Positions 23,161 to 33,041 of a stretch of DNA of 35,927 nt are shown here, piece after piece. The notes beneath the pieces are model-generated. The model worked only from the letters and a program-made list of their open reading frames with translations. It did no database searches and had not been told where the DNA came from. A program made the position numbers and the translations under genes. Source of the stretch: Planctomycetota bacterium (GTDB taxonomy: Bacteria > Planctomycetota > Phycisphaerae > Sedimentisphaerales > Anaerohalosphaeraceae); assembly GCA_021160785.1 (NCBI GenBank), contig JAGHBX010000562.1, positions 1 through 35,927 of the forward strand. Reading direction: 5' to 3'. The stretch's first letter is position 1, and each line of letters opens with the position of its first letter.

Positions 23161-26100
23161 ATGAACAGGAAAGGCCTCACCTCCATAACTTCAGTTTGGA
23201 TAGCATTATTAATTTGTTTTGCAGGCTATCTTACGACAGCAGTTGGTCAACAGCAGCTTTTTCCGCCTGATGGTGCCGGGGCTGTAGGCGTAGATACCGA
23301 TCTTAGCTGGACGGTTGGCAGTGAGCAGGCCGAAGCATACGATGTGTATCTTGGCACAGATCATGACGACGTATTTAACGCAATTCATTACCGCGGCGAT
23401 ATCGATGGAAGCGGACAAGTTGACGAAGGTGACGTTGAGTCACTGGCAGATTGCTGGCTTGAGGCGGTTTCCTGCGATTCGGATTTCGATGGAAGCGGTC
23501 GGGTGGATTTTGCTGATTTTGCGTTAATTGCAAGTACCTGGCTCGAATACGACAGCCCTGAGTTTATGACGCGTACAACTGACCAAAGTTATGATCCAGG
23601 CGTTCTGCAGGTCGGCCAGGAATATTTCTGGAGGGTTGACGGGATTGCAAATGAATCTGAGGTCAGCACCGGCGACACATGGAGCTTTACCACTGGTGTA
23701 AAAGTAAAGGACGGGCTGTTTGACTATGTCGATCATATTGCTGACATCGACCTGGACGGCAATATCGTCTATGCGATCAACTGCGGATCGACAGCAGATG
23801 TACAGGTCGGCTCAACTCCATTTAGAGGCGATGTTTACCAGTGGAAGGAACAGTCTGGCGATACCAACGGTGACGGCAACACCGACTGGTGGGACACACG
23901 CTACAACGCCACCTGCCCGGGCAAACCGGCTTCGCCTTCTCCGATAGCAGGTGTAACCGTCGAATGTTCCGACGGCGATACCAAGGGCATGGATCACGGC
24001 CCTTACGAAGGTTACCACAGTTTTGACGTGTCGGGCCTCTCCGGTCTGGGTGATATGACGCAGGTGCTGTCAACTTCCGGAGCACAAAATCTGGGCAACC
24101 CCGGCGAACGCGACATGATCTATCGCCTTGACGTAACGCCCGGCAAAAAATACAAATTACAATTGTTCTTCTTTAAGAACAGTACAGAATCAACCGGTAT
24201 GGATGTACTGGTCGAAGGTAATCTTGTCATAGACGGCCTTGATGTGCCTGTCGATGTTGCAAACGCCGGCTATAACAAAGCTAATACCGTATTGATGTAC
24301 AGTACTATAGTGACCGCCACGGACAGCCAACTCGACATTGTCATCAAGAGAAATTCATCATATAACGGCATGGGCGACATCAATGCCATTACGCTGGAAT
24401 ATATCACCACCGAAGACGGGCTGTTTGACTATGTCGATGATATTGCTGACATCGGCCTGGGCGGCAATATCGTCTATGCGATCAACTGCGGATCGGATCA
24501 GAATATCACTGTAGGTTCAGTTGATTTTAGAGGCGACGTCTACCTGTGGCACAACGACGCAGGCGACACAAACGGCGATGGCAACACCGACTGGTGGGAC
24601 ACACTTTATAATGCCAACTGTCCGGGCAAACCTGCTTCACCTTCTCCGATAGCAGGCGTAACTGTAGAATGTTCCGACGGCGATACCAACGGCATGGATC
24701 ACGGCCCCTACGAAGGGAACCACACTTTTGACGTCTCGGGTATCTCCGGTCTGGGGAATATGGCACAGGTACTGTCAACTTCCGGATCGCAAAATCTCGG
24801 CAGCCCCGGCGAACGCGACATGATCTACCGGCTGGATGTAACGCCCGGCAAAAAATACAAATTACAATTGTTCTTCTTTAAGAACAGTACAGACTCTACC
24901 GATATGGATGTCCTGATCGAAGACAGTCTTATTATAGACGGTCTTGATGTTCCTGTCGACATCACAAATGCCGGCCATGACAAAGCTAATACTGTATTGA
25001 TTTACAGTACTATATTAACCGCCACGGACAGCCGGACCGACATTGTCATTCAGGGTCATGGGGCATCCAACAAAATCGGTGAAATCAATGCGATCACGCT
25101 GGCCGAGCCGACCAGCTTGACTTCTTCCACCGGTTTGAAATTGGCGGGAGCACCTGACGGAGTAAATGTTTTCAATTCGGATGGCTCCCGGCGTATGCGC
25201 TTTAGAGGGTTTCTGACCAACCTTGGTATGACGGACACCGCTACCCCGTCCCTGATCACCTATAATGGCGACCCGACGATTCAAATGAGCTATACCACTA
25301 CCGGCGATTTGAGTATTACAGGATTTTTCACGCCAATAGGTGATATGATTCGCATTCATTACGATGTATGGGCCGACAGCAGCCCGAATACAGGTACATC
25401 GTCCCTGCTGTTTGAAGCAGACGGCTCGGGCATGGCTCGGGACAATCAGAGCCTCTGGACTCGCAGTACTCAACCAGATGGGGTGTCTTATGAGGTAGTG
25501 GACTCGCATGGATTCCGATTTGACTTTCCCTCCGGTGAATCTACGCTTTTAAATCTTCCCAACGCAAATCTTAATTGGGCCGATCCCTGGTTTTCAAACC
25601 TTCCCCTCTACCAGGTCGCCGGTGATCATTGGGCAACAGATGCAGACTGGGTTTTGATCGAGAATAACATCCGACCGACTGCCGGCCCAACGCTCGTTAA
25701 AGGCCGTCCGTTGGCTTTGGACATCTGGACAACCCAAACTTACAACCTGTGGAACGATTCAGCCAGTCCTCTTCCCTTAAACACACAGGTATTCAACGCC
25801 CTGCCCAACAGCCAAACCGTCACGTTGAGTTGGTGGGCGCGTGACTATAACGACAATGTGATTACCTCCGACAGTGCCGTTAAAAATGTTGCGGCCGGCG
25901 CAGTTTGGAATCAAACCCTTACATTCCCGGCGCCGGCACATGGAATCTTATTTGTCGAAGTTGAGGCCACAGCGGGGGCATACTCGGTATTCAGGCGAAC
26001 TAATTTGGCGGTATTACCGCCTTATACCTACGGCAGCGATAGAAGCAACAGCATTTTTGGTCTTAACGGCACCTTTGGATTGCCGGATACGACGTCAGAA

Positions 26101-27636
26101 AAAGCCCTGTTGGAACAGATGGGGGTGCGCTGGCTTCGCAATTCGCAATATTCATTAGCCGATGCCGAATCCGTTGGCATCGGCCAACGGCGGCACACCG
26201 AGTGTAATTATTGGGACGGAGAAAGCGACGGTTGGTTTGATGGCCAATTTAATGAAGCGGCAGATAAGCTATGTCCTTATTGGGAGCTAAACAATGAGAT
26301 GAATTTCTCTGGTCACTCTAACCCCGAAGAATATGTCAATAACGCGCTTATTCCGGCCAGGAACCGGCAGCAAGCGATTGGATCCGATGTAGATATTATG
26401 ATCGGTGGCCTTGGTGGTTGGGCTCCGTCCTATCTTCAGGGTCTTTACGATGCCGGAGGATGGCCATATTTTGACGCTCTCAATATTCACCCGGGACGCG
26501 GCAATTACACGCCTGATTATACTGGAGCATTTTGGACCTTCCTTGGGATCGTGCAGAACTATAAGAATGCTTTAAAGGCTTATGGTAGTAAACCGCTTTA
26601 TATAACAGAGGCATACGGCTGCACAGCGCCTAATAAATATTGGTATGATTCCTACCGCAACGCGGCCGAATCAGTTGTTCTTTCCTATGCATTGGCCATG
26701 GAAGAAGGCGTCGAAGTCATGGACTGGTATCAGCTCAACGACACCATCGGGTCTGATGTTGGCGGCGTCGATCATGAGGATGCAGAATACCATTTTGGGC
26801 TGCTCAACCGTGACCTCAGTCCCAAACCCTCATTATTGGCCTACGCAACCATCGCAAGAGCGCTTGACCAGGCAACCTTTGCTGGCAGGATCTCATTCGA
26901 TAGCGCCACGAAAAACCACGGATTGATGTTCAATTCGCCGATTAATGGCAATGTTGCTGTACTATGGAACCGCACAGACGGCTATGTCCTCACCCAGGAC
27001 GTTCCCAATTACGCCGCCCCGGAACCCTGGATTGACCAGTGGCCGACGAAAGTTAATGTGAGTCTGCCCGCAGCGGGAAGTACGGTCACCGTGATCGATA
27101 GTATTGGCCTGTCGACGATTGTGCCTGCGACTAATGGCTATGCCAACATTGTGCTGGATGGCGCACCGATCATTGTCTACGGATTGGCGGATATCAAGGT
27201 TGACGGAACAGGTCTGACAGGTGACTACTTTAACAATTCTAATCTTACCTCGCTCGCACTGACCAGAATCGATGCTACGGTTGATTTCCCCAGTTGGGGC
27301 AGCGGTTCGCCCGATCCTTCTATTGGAGTAGATGCATTCAGTGTTCGCTGGTCAGGCCAGGTCGAAGCTAAGTACTCCGAGACCTATACCTTCTACACAA
27401 AAACAGACGATGGTACAAGGCTGTGGGTTGATGGTCAATTGCTTGTTGACAAATGGGTAGTTCAGGGCGGGACCGAGTGGAGCGGCACTATCACTCTGAC
27501 AGCCGGTCAGAAATACAACATTGTAATGGAGTATTTTGAGAACGACGGCGGAGCAGAGGCTGTACTTAGATGGTCCAGCGCAAGCCAGTCAAAGGAGATC
27601 ATTCCTCAGATGTATCTGTACCCAACTATGGACTAA
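23161..27636 (+). CDS. giant secreted multidomain glycoside hydrolase: dockerin-like, 2x malectin-like CBM, clan GH-A-like TIM barrel, PA14
   Basis: The ORF is open from 23143. ATG 23161 follows GGAAGGAAAGGG. Signal peptide LTSITSVWIALLICFAGYL. Dockerin/EF-hand-like DIDGSGQVDEGDV and DFDGSGRVDFADF. Two 235-aa malectin-like repeats (YAINCGS...KYKLQLFFF...INAITL). WELNNEMNF and PLYITEAYG resemble acid/base and nucleophile strands. C-terminal PA14 (GLTGDYFNN..FSVRWSGQVEA..YTFYTKTDDGTRLWVDGQ..EYFENDGGAEAVLRWS). Confidence 0.85.
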   Translation: MNRKGLTSITSVWIALLICFAGYLTTAVGQQQLFPPDGAGAVGVDTDLSWTVGSEQAEAYDVYLGTDHDDVFNAIHYRGDIDGSGQVDEGDVESLADCWLEAVSCDSDFDGSGRVDFADFALIASTWLEYDSPEFMTRTTDQSYDPGVLQVGQEYFWRVDGIANESEVSTGDTWSFTTGVKVKDGLFDYVDHIADIDLDGNIVYAINCGSTADVQVGSTPFRGDVYQWKEQSGDTNGDGNTDWWDTRYNATCPGKPASPSPIAGVTVECSDGDTKGMDHGPYEGYHSFDVSGLSGLGDMTQVLSTSGAQNLGNPGERDMIYRLDVTPGKKYKLQLFFFKNSTESTGMDVLVEGNLVIDGLDVPVDVANAGYNKANTVLMYSTIVTATDSQLDIVIKRNSSYNGMGDINAITLEYITTEDGLFDYVDDIADIGLGGNIVYAINCGSDQNITVGSVDFRGDVYLWHNDAGDTNGDGNTDWWDTLYNANCPGKPASPSPIAGVTVECSDGDTNGMDHGPYEGNHTFDVSGISGLGNMAQVLSTSGSQNLGSPGERDMIYRLDVTPGKKYKLQLFFFKNSTDSTDMDVLIEDSLIIDGLDVPVDITNAGHDKANTVLIYSTILTATDSRTDIVIQGHGASNKIGEINAITLAEPTSLTSSTGLKLAGAPDGVNVFNSDGSRRMRFRGFLTNLGMTDTATPSLITYNGDPTIQMSYTTTGDLSITGFFTPIGDMIRIHYDVWADSSPNTGTSSLLFEADGSGMARDNQSLWTRSTQPDGVSYEVVDSHGFRFDFPSGESTLLNLPNANLNWADPWFSNLPLYQVAGDHWATDADWVLIENNIRPTAGPTLVKGRPLALDIWTTQTYNLWNDSASPLPLNTQVFNALPNSQTVTLSWWARDYNDNVITSDSAVKNVAAGAVWNQTLTFPAPAHGILFVEVEATAGAYSVFRRTNLAVLPPYTYGSDRSNSIFGLNGTFGLPDTTSEKALLEQMGVRWLRNSQYSLADAESVGIGQRRHTECNYWDGESDGWFDGQFNEAADKLCPYWELNNEMNFSGHSNPEEYVNNALIPARNRQQAIGSDVDIMIGGLGGWAPSYLQGLYDAGGWPYFDALNIHPGRGNYTPDYTGAFWTFLGIVQNYKNALKAYGSKPLYITEAYGCTAPNKYWYDSYRNAAESVVLSYALAMEEGVEVMDWYQLNDTIGSDVGGVDHEDAEYHFGLLNRDLSPKPSLLAYATIARALDQATFAGRISFDSATKNHGLMFNSPINGNVAVLWNRTDGYVLTQDVPNYAAPEPWIDQWPTKVNVSLPAAGSTVTVIDSIGLSTIVPATNGYANIVLDGAPIIVYGLADIKVDGTGLTGDYFNNSNLTSLALTRIDATVDFPSWGSGSPDPSIGVDAFSVRWSGQVEAKYSETYTFYTKTDDGTRLWVDGQLLVDKWVVQGGTEWSGTITLTAGQKYNIVMEYFENDGGAEAVLRWSSASQSKEIIPQMYLYPTMD
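23710..25108 (+). repeat. in-frame tandem duplication, period 705 bp (2 x about 235 codons)
   Basis: Unit 1 starts at gacgggctgtttgactatgtcgat (23710) and unit 2 at the same string (24415). Long exact shared runs include ggcaatatcgtctatgcgatcaactgcggatcg and a 56-nt run gtaacgcccggcaaaaaatacaaattacaattgttcttctttaagaacagtacaga. Confidence 0.9.
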
Positions 27637-27783
27637 GGGCGGTACTGAGACAAATTAAAGGGTCAGACACAATAGTGTTCGGCACTCGATTTGCATAGCT
27701 TTTGACACTCTATTAGAAAAGAGGCTCAGCGGCATAGCTGAGCTACGATATACAATGTTATACCCTTTAGGGTAATAAATTTT

Positions 27784-27847
27784 CGCGTTGAAAACCATAA
27801 TGCGTTATTGAGAAAGTATTTGCCCACGCATCAACGCGCATTTTTTT
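27784..27847 (+). terminator. candidate intrinsic terminator (compound hairpin + T7)
   Basis: CGCGTTG (27784-90) pairs with CAACGCG (27832-38). ATGCGT (27800-05) pairs with ACGCAT (27826-31). TTTTTTT follows at 27841-47. A separate 7-bp hairpin GCTCAGC/GCTGAGC lies at 27724-27743. Confidence 0.35.
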
Positions 27848-27860
27848 ATGCGGATTGGTA

Positions 27861-27878
27861 TTATATGGGAAATCCCAG
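27861..27878. promoter_or_regulatory. TTATATGGGAAATCCCAG motif, copy 2
   Basis: Exact 18-nt repeat of 9903-9920, 53 nt upstream of the TTG start at 27932. An imperfect inverted repeat AAC(C)GACC-ATA-GGTC(A)GTT follows at about 27889-27908. Confidence 0.35.
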
Positions 27879-27931
27879 TTGATATTTCAAACCGACCATA
27901 GGTCAGTTGAAAAGCCTGAAAGGAGTTTGCC

Positions 27932-30160
27932 TTGAGCAAAAAAACACAGATAGCCGGTTTATTTGTTATCATACTGCTGTTTCTTGTTTCGCCTGCCGGG
28001 GCACGAGTCTACGATATCGTTTACCCTAAAGATTCGACATTTCACCAGTCACTTGCCGCAAAAGAAGTTCGACGTTATATGTACCTTCGCACATCAAAGC
28101 TTGTGCCGCTGCTGAAACAGGACAGCATAAACAAGAAATCCGAATATGTAATACTGATAGGAGTATCGAGCAGTAAGCTGATAAAAAACAATCTAATTAA
28201 CCCTCAGGCAAAAGTCTATCTTACAAACATCGGCCCCCAGAGCTATGTTCTGGCCACTCAGGATCAAGCCGGCAAAAAGAGGATCATAATAACCGGAGTC
28301 AGCCCTGTTTCTACGCTGTATGCGGCATATGAATTTTGTCAAAAACTCGGAGTCAGTTTCAACATTGATACTGATGTGATACCCGATATTCCGTTTACGG
28401 ATTTTAGTTCGCTGGACAATCTTATCGAAGTTCATGAGCCTTTGTTCAATATTCGCGGTTTTCATCCATTTCACGATTTCCCGGAGGGGCCTGACTGGTG
28501 GGATGTCGATGATTATAAAATGACGATCAGTCAAATGCTCAAGATGCGGATGAATTTTATGGGTCTGCATAGTTATGCCAACGAGCCGAACGTCTGGCGC
28601 GGTCTAGCCAAAGATGTCAACGAAGACGGAACCGTTAGAAAGGCGTATTACGCCTCATACAACGCAACTATGAATACAATATGCCGCTGGGGATACGGTA
28701 ACAAGGCAACTGGCAATTATGCTTACGGAGCAAGTCAGATATTTGAGAAAGACGATTACAGTTCCGAGTTCATGGACAACGTCGACCCCGAGTCCCAAAA
28801 ACAGGAAGATTTTATAAAGATGTTCAACCAGGTCGGCAAAAAACTCAACAAGGTTTTCACCTACAGCCAAAAAATGGGGATTAAAACTGCTTTGAGTATT
28901 GACGGAATTGTTCCCGATAAGGAATGGGAGGGAGTTTTTACTCGTATCAAACGTGCTTACCCACTTGACTACTTCTGGATATATTCGGGTGAAGGTCACA
29001 CCTGGTCAGGTCTTTCAATGGATCAAGCCAAAGGATGGCTTTCCGGATATCAGTCGGCAGAAAAAACCTGCAAACGAATTTACCCCGAATTGCAGTTGGG
29101 TACTAACGGTTGGGTTCTGGGGCCCGATGATGACCGTAGTTTCTTTGACAAACGCCTTCCCAAAAGCTGGCCGATGGCGGCACTTAGTCGTCATTGCGGA
29201 AAAGAGCAGATCGATGAAGGTTTCAGGCATATCGAATCTCGCCCTAAATGGGCTATACCGTGGCTTGAGGATGACCCCGGGATGACAAGCCCACAGCTTT
29301 GGGCAAAGCGTATGCACCGGGATTCAAACCTGGCTCTTAAATACGGCTGTACAGGTTTTATAGGTATTGGCTGGCGTACAAAGATCCTTGAACCTACATA
29401 TACGGCGATGACTCAGCTAAGCTGGGAGCAGGAAAACTGGGACGCTGAAGAGTTTTATACTGATTGGGCAAGGCGAAATTTTGGTGACTCCGGTTCCGAA
29501 GCTATCGGAAAATGCTTTTCAGAAATTGACAGTACTCTACCTGAACCAGCTGTCTGGGGGCCGGGCAGGGTTATTGGAAGCATGACTCCAGAGATGTGGA
29601 TAGAGGAGTATAAGTTTGTAGGCAAGCTCGCCGAACTGCGTCAATTTGTACAAGGCAAGGGCAATCAGTCGAGATACGATTACTGGCTCAATACTTTCAA
29701 ATATATGAAATCCATGGGCAAAGGCCACAACGACTTGGAAGGCGCATATAAGCATCTTTTGGCCACAGTAAACACAAAGGGCACGATGGGTACTATCGCC
29801 AACTGGGAAAATCTCAATCTTGCCAACTGGCAAGGTCCAAAAGAGTACAAGTGGGAACCGCGAATCTTTGTGACAACGCTGCGGACCCATGTTGAAAAAG
29901 GCGAAAAGCTCAAGCTCGCTTTGCGTGTGCTGGATACGGCAGACCCTAAAAGTGTATCACTTTATTACAGGAATATGGGACAGGGCCAATTCATGAAAAT
30001 ATCGCCTTTGCAACAGATAAGACATGTCTATCAATTCCAGCTGCCGCAAGCAAGTGGAGATATGGAATATTACTTTGACGTTGAAAGCAGTTCCGGGGCA
30101 AGATTGATGTATCCGGTAACCGCCCCGGAGATAACACAAACACTGGTTATGCTGCCGTAA
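27932..30160 (+). CDS. secreted putative glycoside hydrolase, paralog of 6830..9592 (GH20b/GH67N-like N-domain + TIM-barrel-like core)
   Basis: 742 aa. TTG start 7 nt after AAAGGAG. Signal peptide IAGLFVIILLFLVSPAGA. KRIIITGVSPVSTLYAAYEFCQKLGVSF, then FNIRGFHPFHDFPEGPDWW..MRMNFMGLHSYA, parallels the 920-aa protein. Confidence 0.7.
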   Translation: MSKKTQIAGLFVIILLFLVSPAGARVYDIVYPKDSTFHQSLAAKEVRRYMYLRTSKLVPLLKQDSINKKSEYVILIGVSSSKLIKNNLINPQAKVYLTNIGPQSYVLATQDQAGKKRIIITGVSPVSTLYAAYEFCQKLGVSFNIDTDVIPDIPFTDFSSLDNLIEVHEPLFNIRGFHPFHDFPEGPDWWDVDDYKMTISQMLKMRMNFMGLHSYANEPNVWRGLAKDVNEDGTVRKAYYASYNATMNTICRWGYGNKATGNYAYGASQIFEKDDYSSEFMDNVDPESQKQEDFIKMFNQVGKKLNKVFTYSQKMGIKTALSIDGIVPDKEWEGVFTRIKRAYPLDYFWIYSGEGHTWSGLSMDQAKGWLSGYQSAEKTCKRIYPELQLGTNGWVLGPDDDRSFFDKRLPKSWPMAALSRHCGKEQIDEGFRHIESRPKWAIPWLEDDPGMTSPQLWAKRMHRDSNLALKYGCTGFIGIGWRTKILEPTYTAMTQLSWEQENWDAEEFYTDWARRNFGDSGSEAIGKCFSEIDSTLPEPAVWGPGRVIGSMTPEMWIEEYKFVGKLAELRQFVQGKGNQSRYDYWLNTFKYMKSMGKGHNDLEGAYKHLLATVNTKGTMGTIANWENLNLANWQGPKEYKWEPRIFVTTLRTHVEKGEKLKLALRVLDTADPKSVSLYYRNMGQGQFMKISPLQQIRHVYQFQLPQASGDMEYYFDVESSSGARLMYPVTAPEITQTLVMLP

Positions 30161-30219
30161 AGGATGCCCTATAGTAATAAATAGCTTTTGCTAAAAAATA
30201 GCATTTGGAAGGTATTTTG

Positions 30220-31533
30220 ATGAACACTATTAGATATAAAACACTTGGCATATTAGCATTGATATTTGTGTCATGTTTTATCAATGTCCTTTCAGCCGAC
30301 ACTGTTGCTCAACACCCAATACTTTATCAGGGCTTGGTGTCTTATTATGAATTTGAAGATAATTTTGCAGATCAGCTTGGGCGTAACGACGGCAAGCTGA
30401 ACAAGAATAACACATCTTCCTTTGTCGATGGTTTAATAGGTAAAGCGTTTTATACAAAAGACCAGGGAACTCATATCTCTTTGGGCCCTGATATAATTCT
30501 GGCGAGGAAATCTTTTTCGATTCAGGTTTGGGTCAAGCTTGATTACCCGCGTTTTAAGCATAATGTGCACTTTTTTCAGTTTGAACAACGATCGGTAAAA
30601 GATGAAAATCTGGTAGTCGCATCAATAGAGAACCATGTCAAGCTGGCCTATCACTGGAATGATATTAATGGGCCTGAAGTTGCCGATTTTTCAAAGTGGA
30701 CGCATATAGTTATAACCGCGGATTTTAATGAATATAATGACATCGGCAGGTCGCGAAAAATATATGTAAACGGCGAGCTGAGAGCCGAAGATCGTATGCA
30801 GGGCGGCATATTTATTGGCACCATCGGCCAGGCCAGGATTGCCAGTTCCTGTGAGGACACAAGGTTTGACAATCTAGGCATCTGGTATAGAAGCCTGGAT
30901 GCCACTGAGGTTTCAGCATTGTACAATGATGGCAAAGGTTTGGCATTCGGTCAGTTAAAGGGTTCCCAGCCCAGTATGCAATTTACAAACCCATCAGCTG
31001 GTCAACTATTGCGATCTGATAGCATAGTTGATCTTAAATGGAACGCTGAAGGCAGACCGCTTAGTCTTGTCAACCTTGAATATAAGGCTGACAACAATCA
31101 ATGGCAGCTTATCGAAAAAAATATCCCCTCCACGGGTAGTTTTCTATGGAAAGTGCCCTATCACCAAAGCGATAATGTTCGTCTAAGACTTACTGATGTA
31201 TCGAACGGGAAACAATACACCCAGCAAAACAGTTTTTCTATTAAGCCGACAGTTGTAAGTATAAGCGACGTTAAATGGATTACGTCAAAGTCTACTCCAG
31301 GCCACAGAGCGCAAATAAGATGGAACAACACCGGTCGGATAGAACGAGTAAAGATCATGTATTCAGTTGACGGTAAAAAATGGGAACTGATAGATGCGTC
31401 CACTGAAAACGACAATATATATGTATGGCGAATCCCCTGGGATCTAAAAGCAGAGAGTTTCAAGGTTCGTATCAGTGATATTACCAGCAACACCGATGCA
31501 GACAGTGGTATTATCAAAGTAGATAGAAAGTAG
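30220..31533 (+). CDS. secreted LamG (concanavalin-like lectin) domain protein with two C-terminal Ig-like beta-sandwich repeats
   Basis: The track ORF starts at 30205. ATG 30220 follows GGAAGG and gives MNTIRYKTLGILALIFVSCFINVLSA. LamG-type LVSYYEFEDN..GKAFY..FSIQVWVKL..LGIWYRSLDATEVSALYNDGKG. Two repeats end in FLWKVPYHQSDNVRLRLTDVSNG and YVWRIPWDLKAESFKVRISDITSN. Confidence 0.8.
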   Translation: MNTIRYKTLGILALIFVSCFINVLSADTVAQHPILYQGLVSYYEFEDNFADQLGRNDGKLNKNNTSSFVDGLIGKAFYTKDQGTHISLGPDIILARKSFSIQVWVKLDYPRFKHNVHFFQFEQRSVKDENLVVASIENHVKLAYHWNDINGPEVADFSKWTHIVITADFNEYNDIGRSRKIYVNGELRAEDRMQGGIFIGTIGQARIASSCEDTRFDNLGIWYRSLDATEVSALYNDGKGLAFGQLKGSQPSMQFTNPSAGQLLRSDSIVDLKWNAEGRPLSLVNLEYKADNNQWQLIEKNIPSTGSFLWKVPYHQSDNVRLRLTDVSNGKQYTQQNSFSIKPTVVSISDVKWITSKSTPGHRAQIRWNNTGRIERVKIMYSVDGKKWELIDASTENDNIYVWRIPWDLKAESFKVRISDITSNTDADSGIIKVDRK

Positions 31534-31604
31534 AAAACAGATAGCCAGGGTATCTGGCTCTCATAACTTCATAACTTAAAAGGTTTTTTGGGAGATTTAA
31601 AAAG

Positions 31605-32987
31605 ATGTCGAATAAATCATTAAGCCGTAGAGGTTTTTTGAAGGTCTCGGCAGTTGCCGCTGTTGGGACGATCGGTTTTCCTGCAGTTGTTCCTGCTTCT
31701 GCCCTTGGCGGCGCGGGCAGAGTCAGTCCGAGCAATCGTATAACTGCTGCGGTTATTGGCTGCGGGAGCCAGTGCAACGGTGACGTTGGTATATTCGCCG
31801 ATCCGCGGTGCCAAGTGCTTGCTGTTTGCGACCCTAATAAGGAGAGCGTTGGCTATATGGGCCTTTTGCCTATCGGAGGCAGAGAGCCGTTTCGCCGTAG
31901 GATAAACAGCTGGTATGCTCACGAGAAACGCGACGGTACTTATAAAGGCTGCGATGCCTATATCGATTACCGTGAGATTGCATCTCGCGATGACATTGAC
32001 GCGGTTTTGGTGTGTACACCGGATCACTGGCATGTTCCAATCAGTCTTGCGTGCATAGAATCGGGGAAGGATGTTTATTGCGAAAAGCCCTTGTCTCTTA
32101 CGATCAGCGAGGGACGTGTCCTTGCCGATGCGGTTAAGCAGTACGGCAGGATATTCCAGGTCGGTTCGCAGCAGCGCAGCTCCGCTGAGTTTCGTCGTGC
32201 GTGCGAGCTTGTTCGTAACGGTCGTATCGGCAAGCTGCATACTGTGAGGGCAGGTTTGCCTGGCGGGTGCAGTGATTGCTGCAATCCTCAGTGGACCGGC
32301 GGTGTTTCGTGGGGGACAAAAAGAAAACCAGAGCCGGTTCCAGAGGGGCTTGATTATAATATGTGGCTTGGTTGTGCACCCGAGCGACCTTATATACCCG
32401 CACTTTCACATGCCAACTGGCGTTGGAACCTTGATTACTCAGGCGGGCAACTGACAGACTGGGGCGGTCATCATCCTGATATTGCCCAGTGGGGAATGGA
32501 TACAGAGGATACCGGACCGATCGCTATCAGAAACGCCTGCGGCAAATTTAAACATGACGATATATGGAATACGGCGCGTGAGTATTATTTTGAATGCGAA
32601 TATGCTAACGGCGTTGTTCTTATCGTTGACAACAGCGGCGGCGGCGTTCAGTTTATTGGCGACCATGGCTGGGTACATGTTAATCGTGGTTGGATGAAAT
32701 GCAGTTCCGATGAGATATTCAGATCGCGTATCGGTGATGACGAGATACACCTTTATGAAAGCCAGAGTCATGCAAAGAACTTTATAGACGGCATCATTAC
32801 CCGCAAGGAGACGATCGCTCCTGCTGAGACGGGGCACAGGTCGATCTCGATCGTACATCTTGGCAATATCGCGATGCAGTTGGAACGGAGTTATCTCAAG
32901 TGGGATCCGGATAAGGAGATTTTCCCCGATGACGAAGAAGCTAACCGAATGCTTTCAAGGCCAAAGCGTCAGTGGTGGAGAATTTAA
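31605..32987 (+). CDS. TAT-signal Gfo/Idh/MocA family oxidoreductase (paralog 3)
   Basis: 460 aa. MSNKSLSRRGFLKVSAVAAVGTIGFPAVVPASA (twin-arginine motif). AAVIGCGSQ, DAVLVCTPDHWH and CEKPL are present. SD GGGAG. Confidence 0.9.
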   Translation: MSNKSLSRRGFLKVSAVAAVGTIGFPAVVPASALGGAGRVSPSNRITAAVIGCGSQCNGDVGIFADPRCQVLAVCDPNKESVGYMGLLPIGGREPFRRRINSWYAHEKRDGTYKGCDAYIDYREIASRDDIDAVLVCTPDHWHVPISLACIESGKDVYCEKPLSLTISEGRVLADAVKQYGRIFQVGSQQRSSAEFRRACELVRNGRIGKLHTVRAGLPGGCSDCCNPQWTGGVSWGTKRKPEPVPEGLDYNMWLGCAPERPYIPALSHANWRWNLDYSGGQLTDWGGHHPDIAQWGMDTEDTGPIAIRNACGKFKHDDIWNTAREYYFECEYANGVVLIVDNSGGGVQFIGDHGWVHVNRGWMKCSSDEIFRSRIGDDEIHLYESQSHAKNFIDGIITRKETIAPAETGHRSISIVHLGNIAMQLERSYLKWDPDKEIFPDDEEANRMLSRPKRQWWRI

Positions 32988-33041
32988 CTGTCCTTAAGTT
33001 TTATAGATGACATGCACATTATCTTTAGAAAGGGTTTTATT

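Noticed and set aside
23710-25108. Tandem repeats as a possible CRISPR array or satellite
   Set aside because: Only two 705-bp units are present. They are in frame inside a long ORF and encode a recognisable lectin-like fold. There is no short repeat/spacer architecture anywhere in the window.
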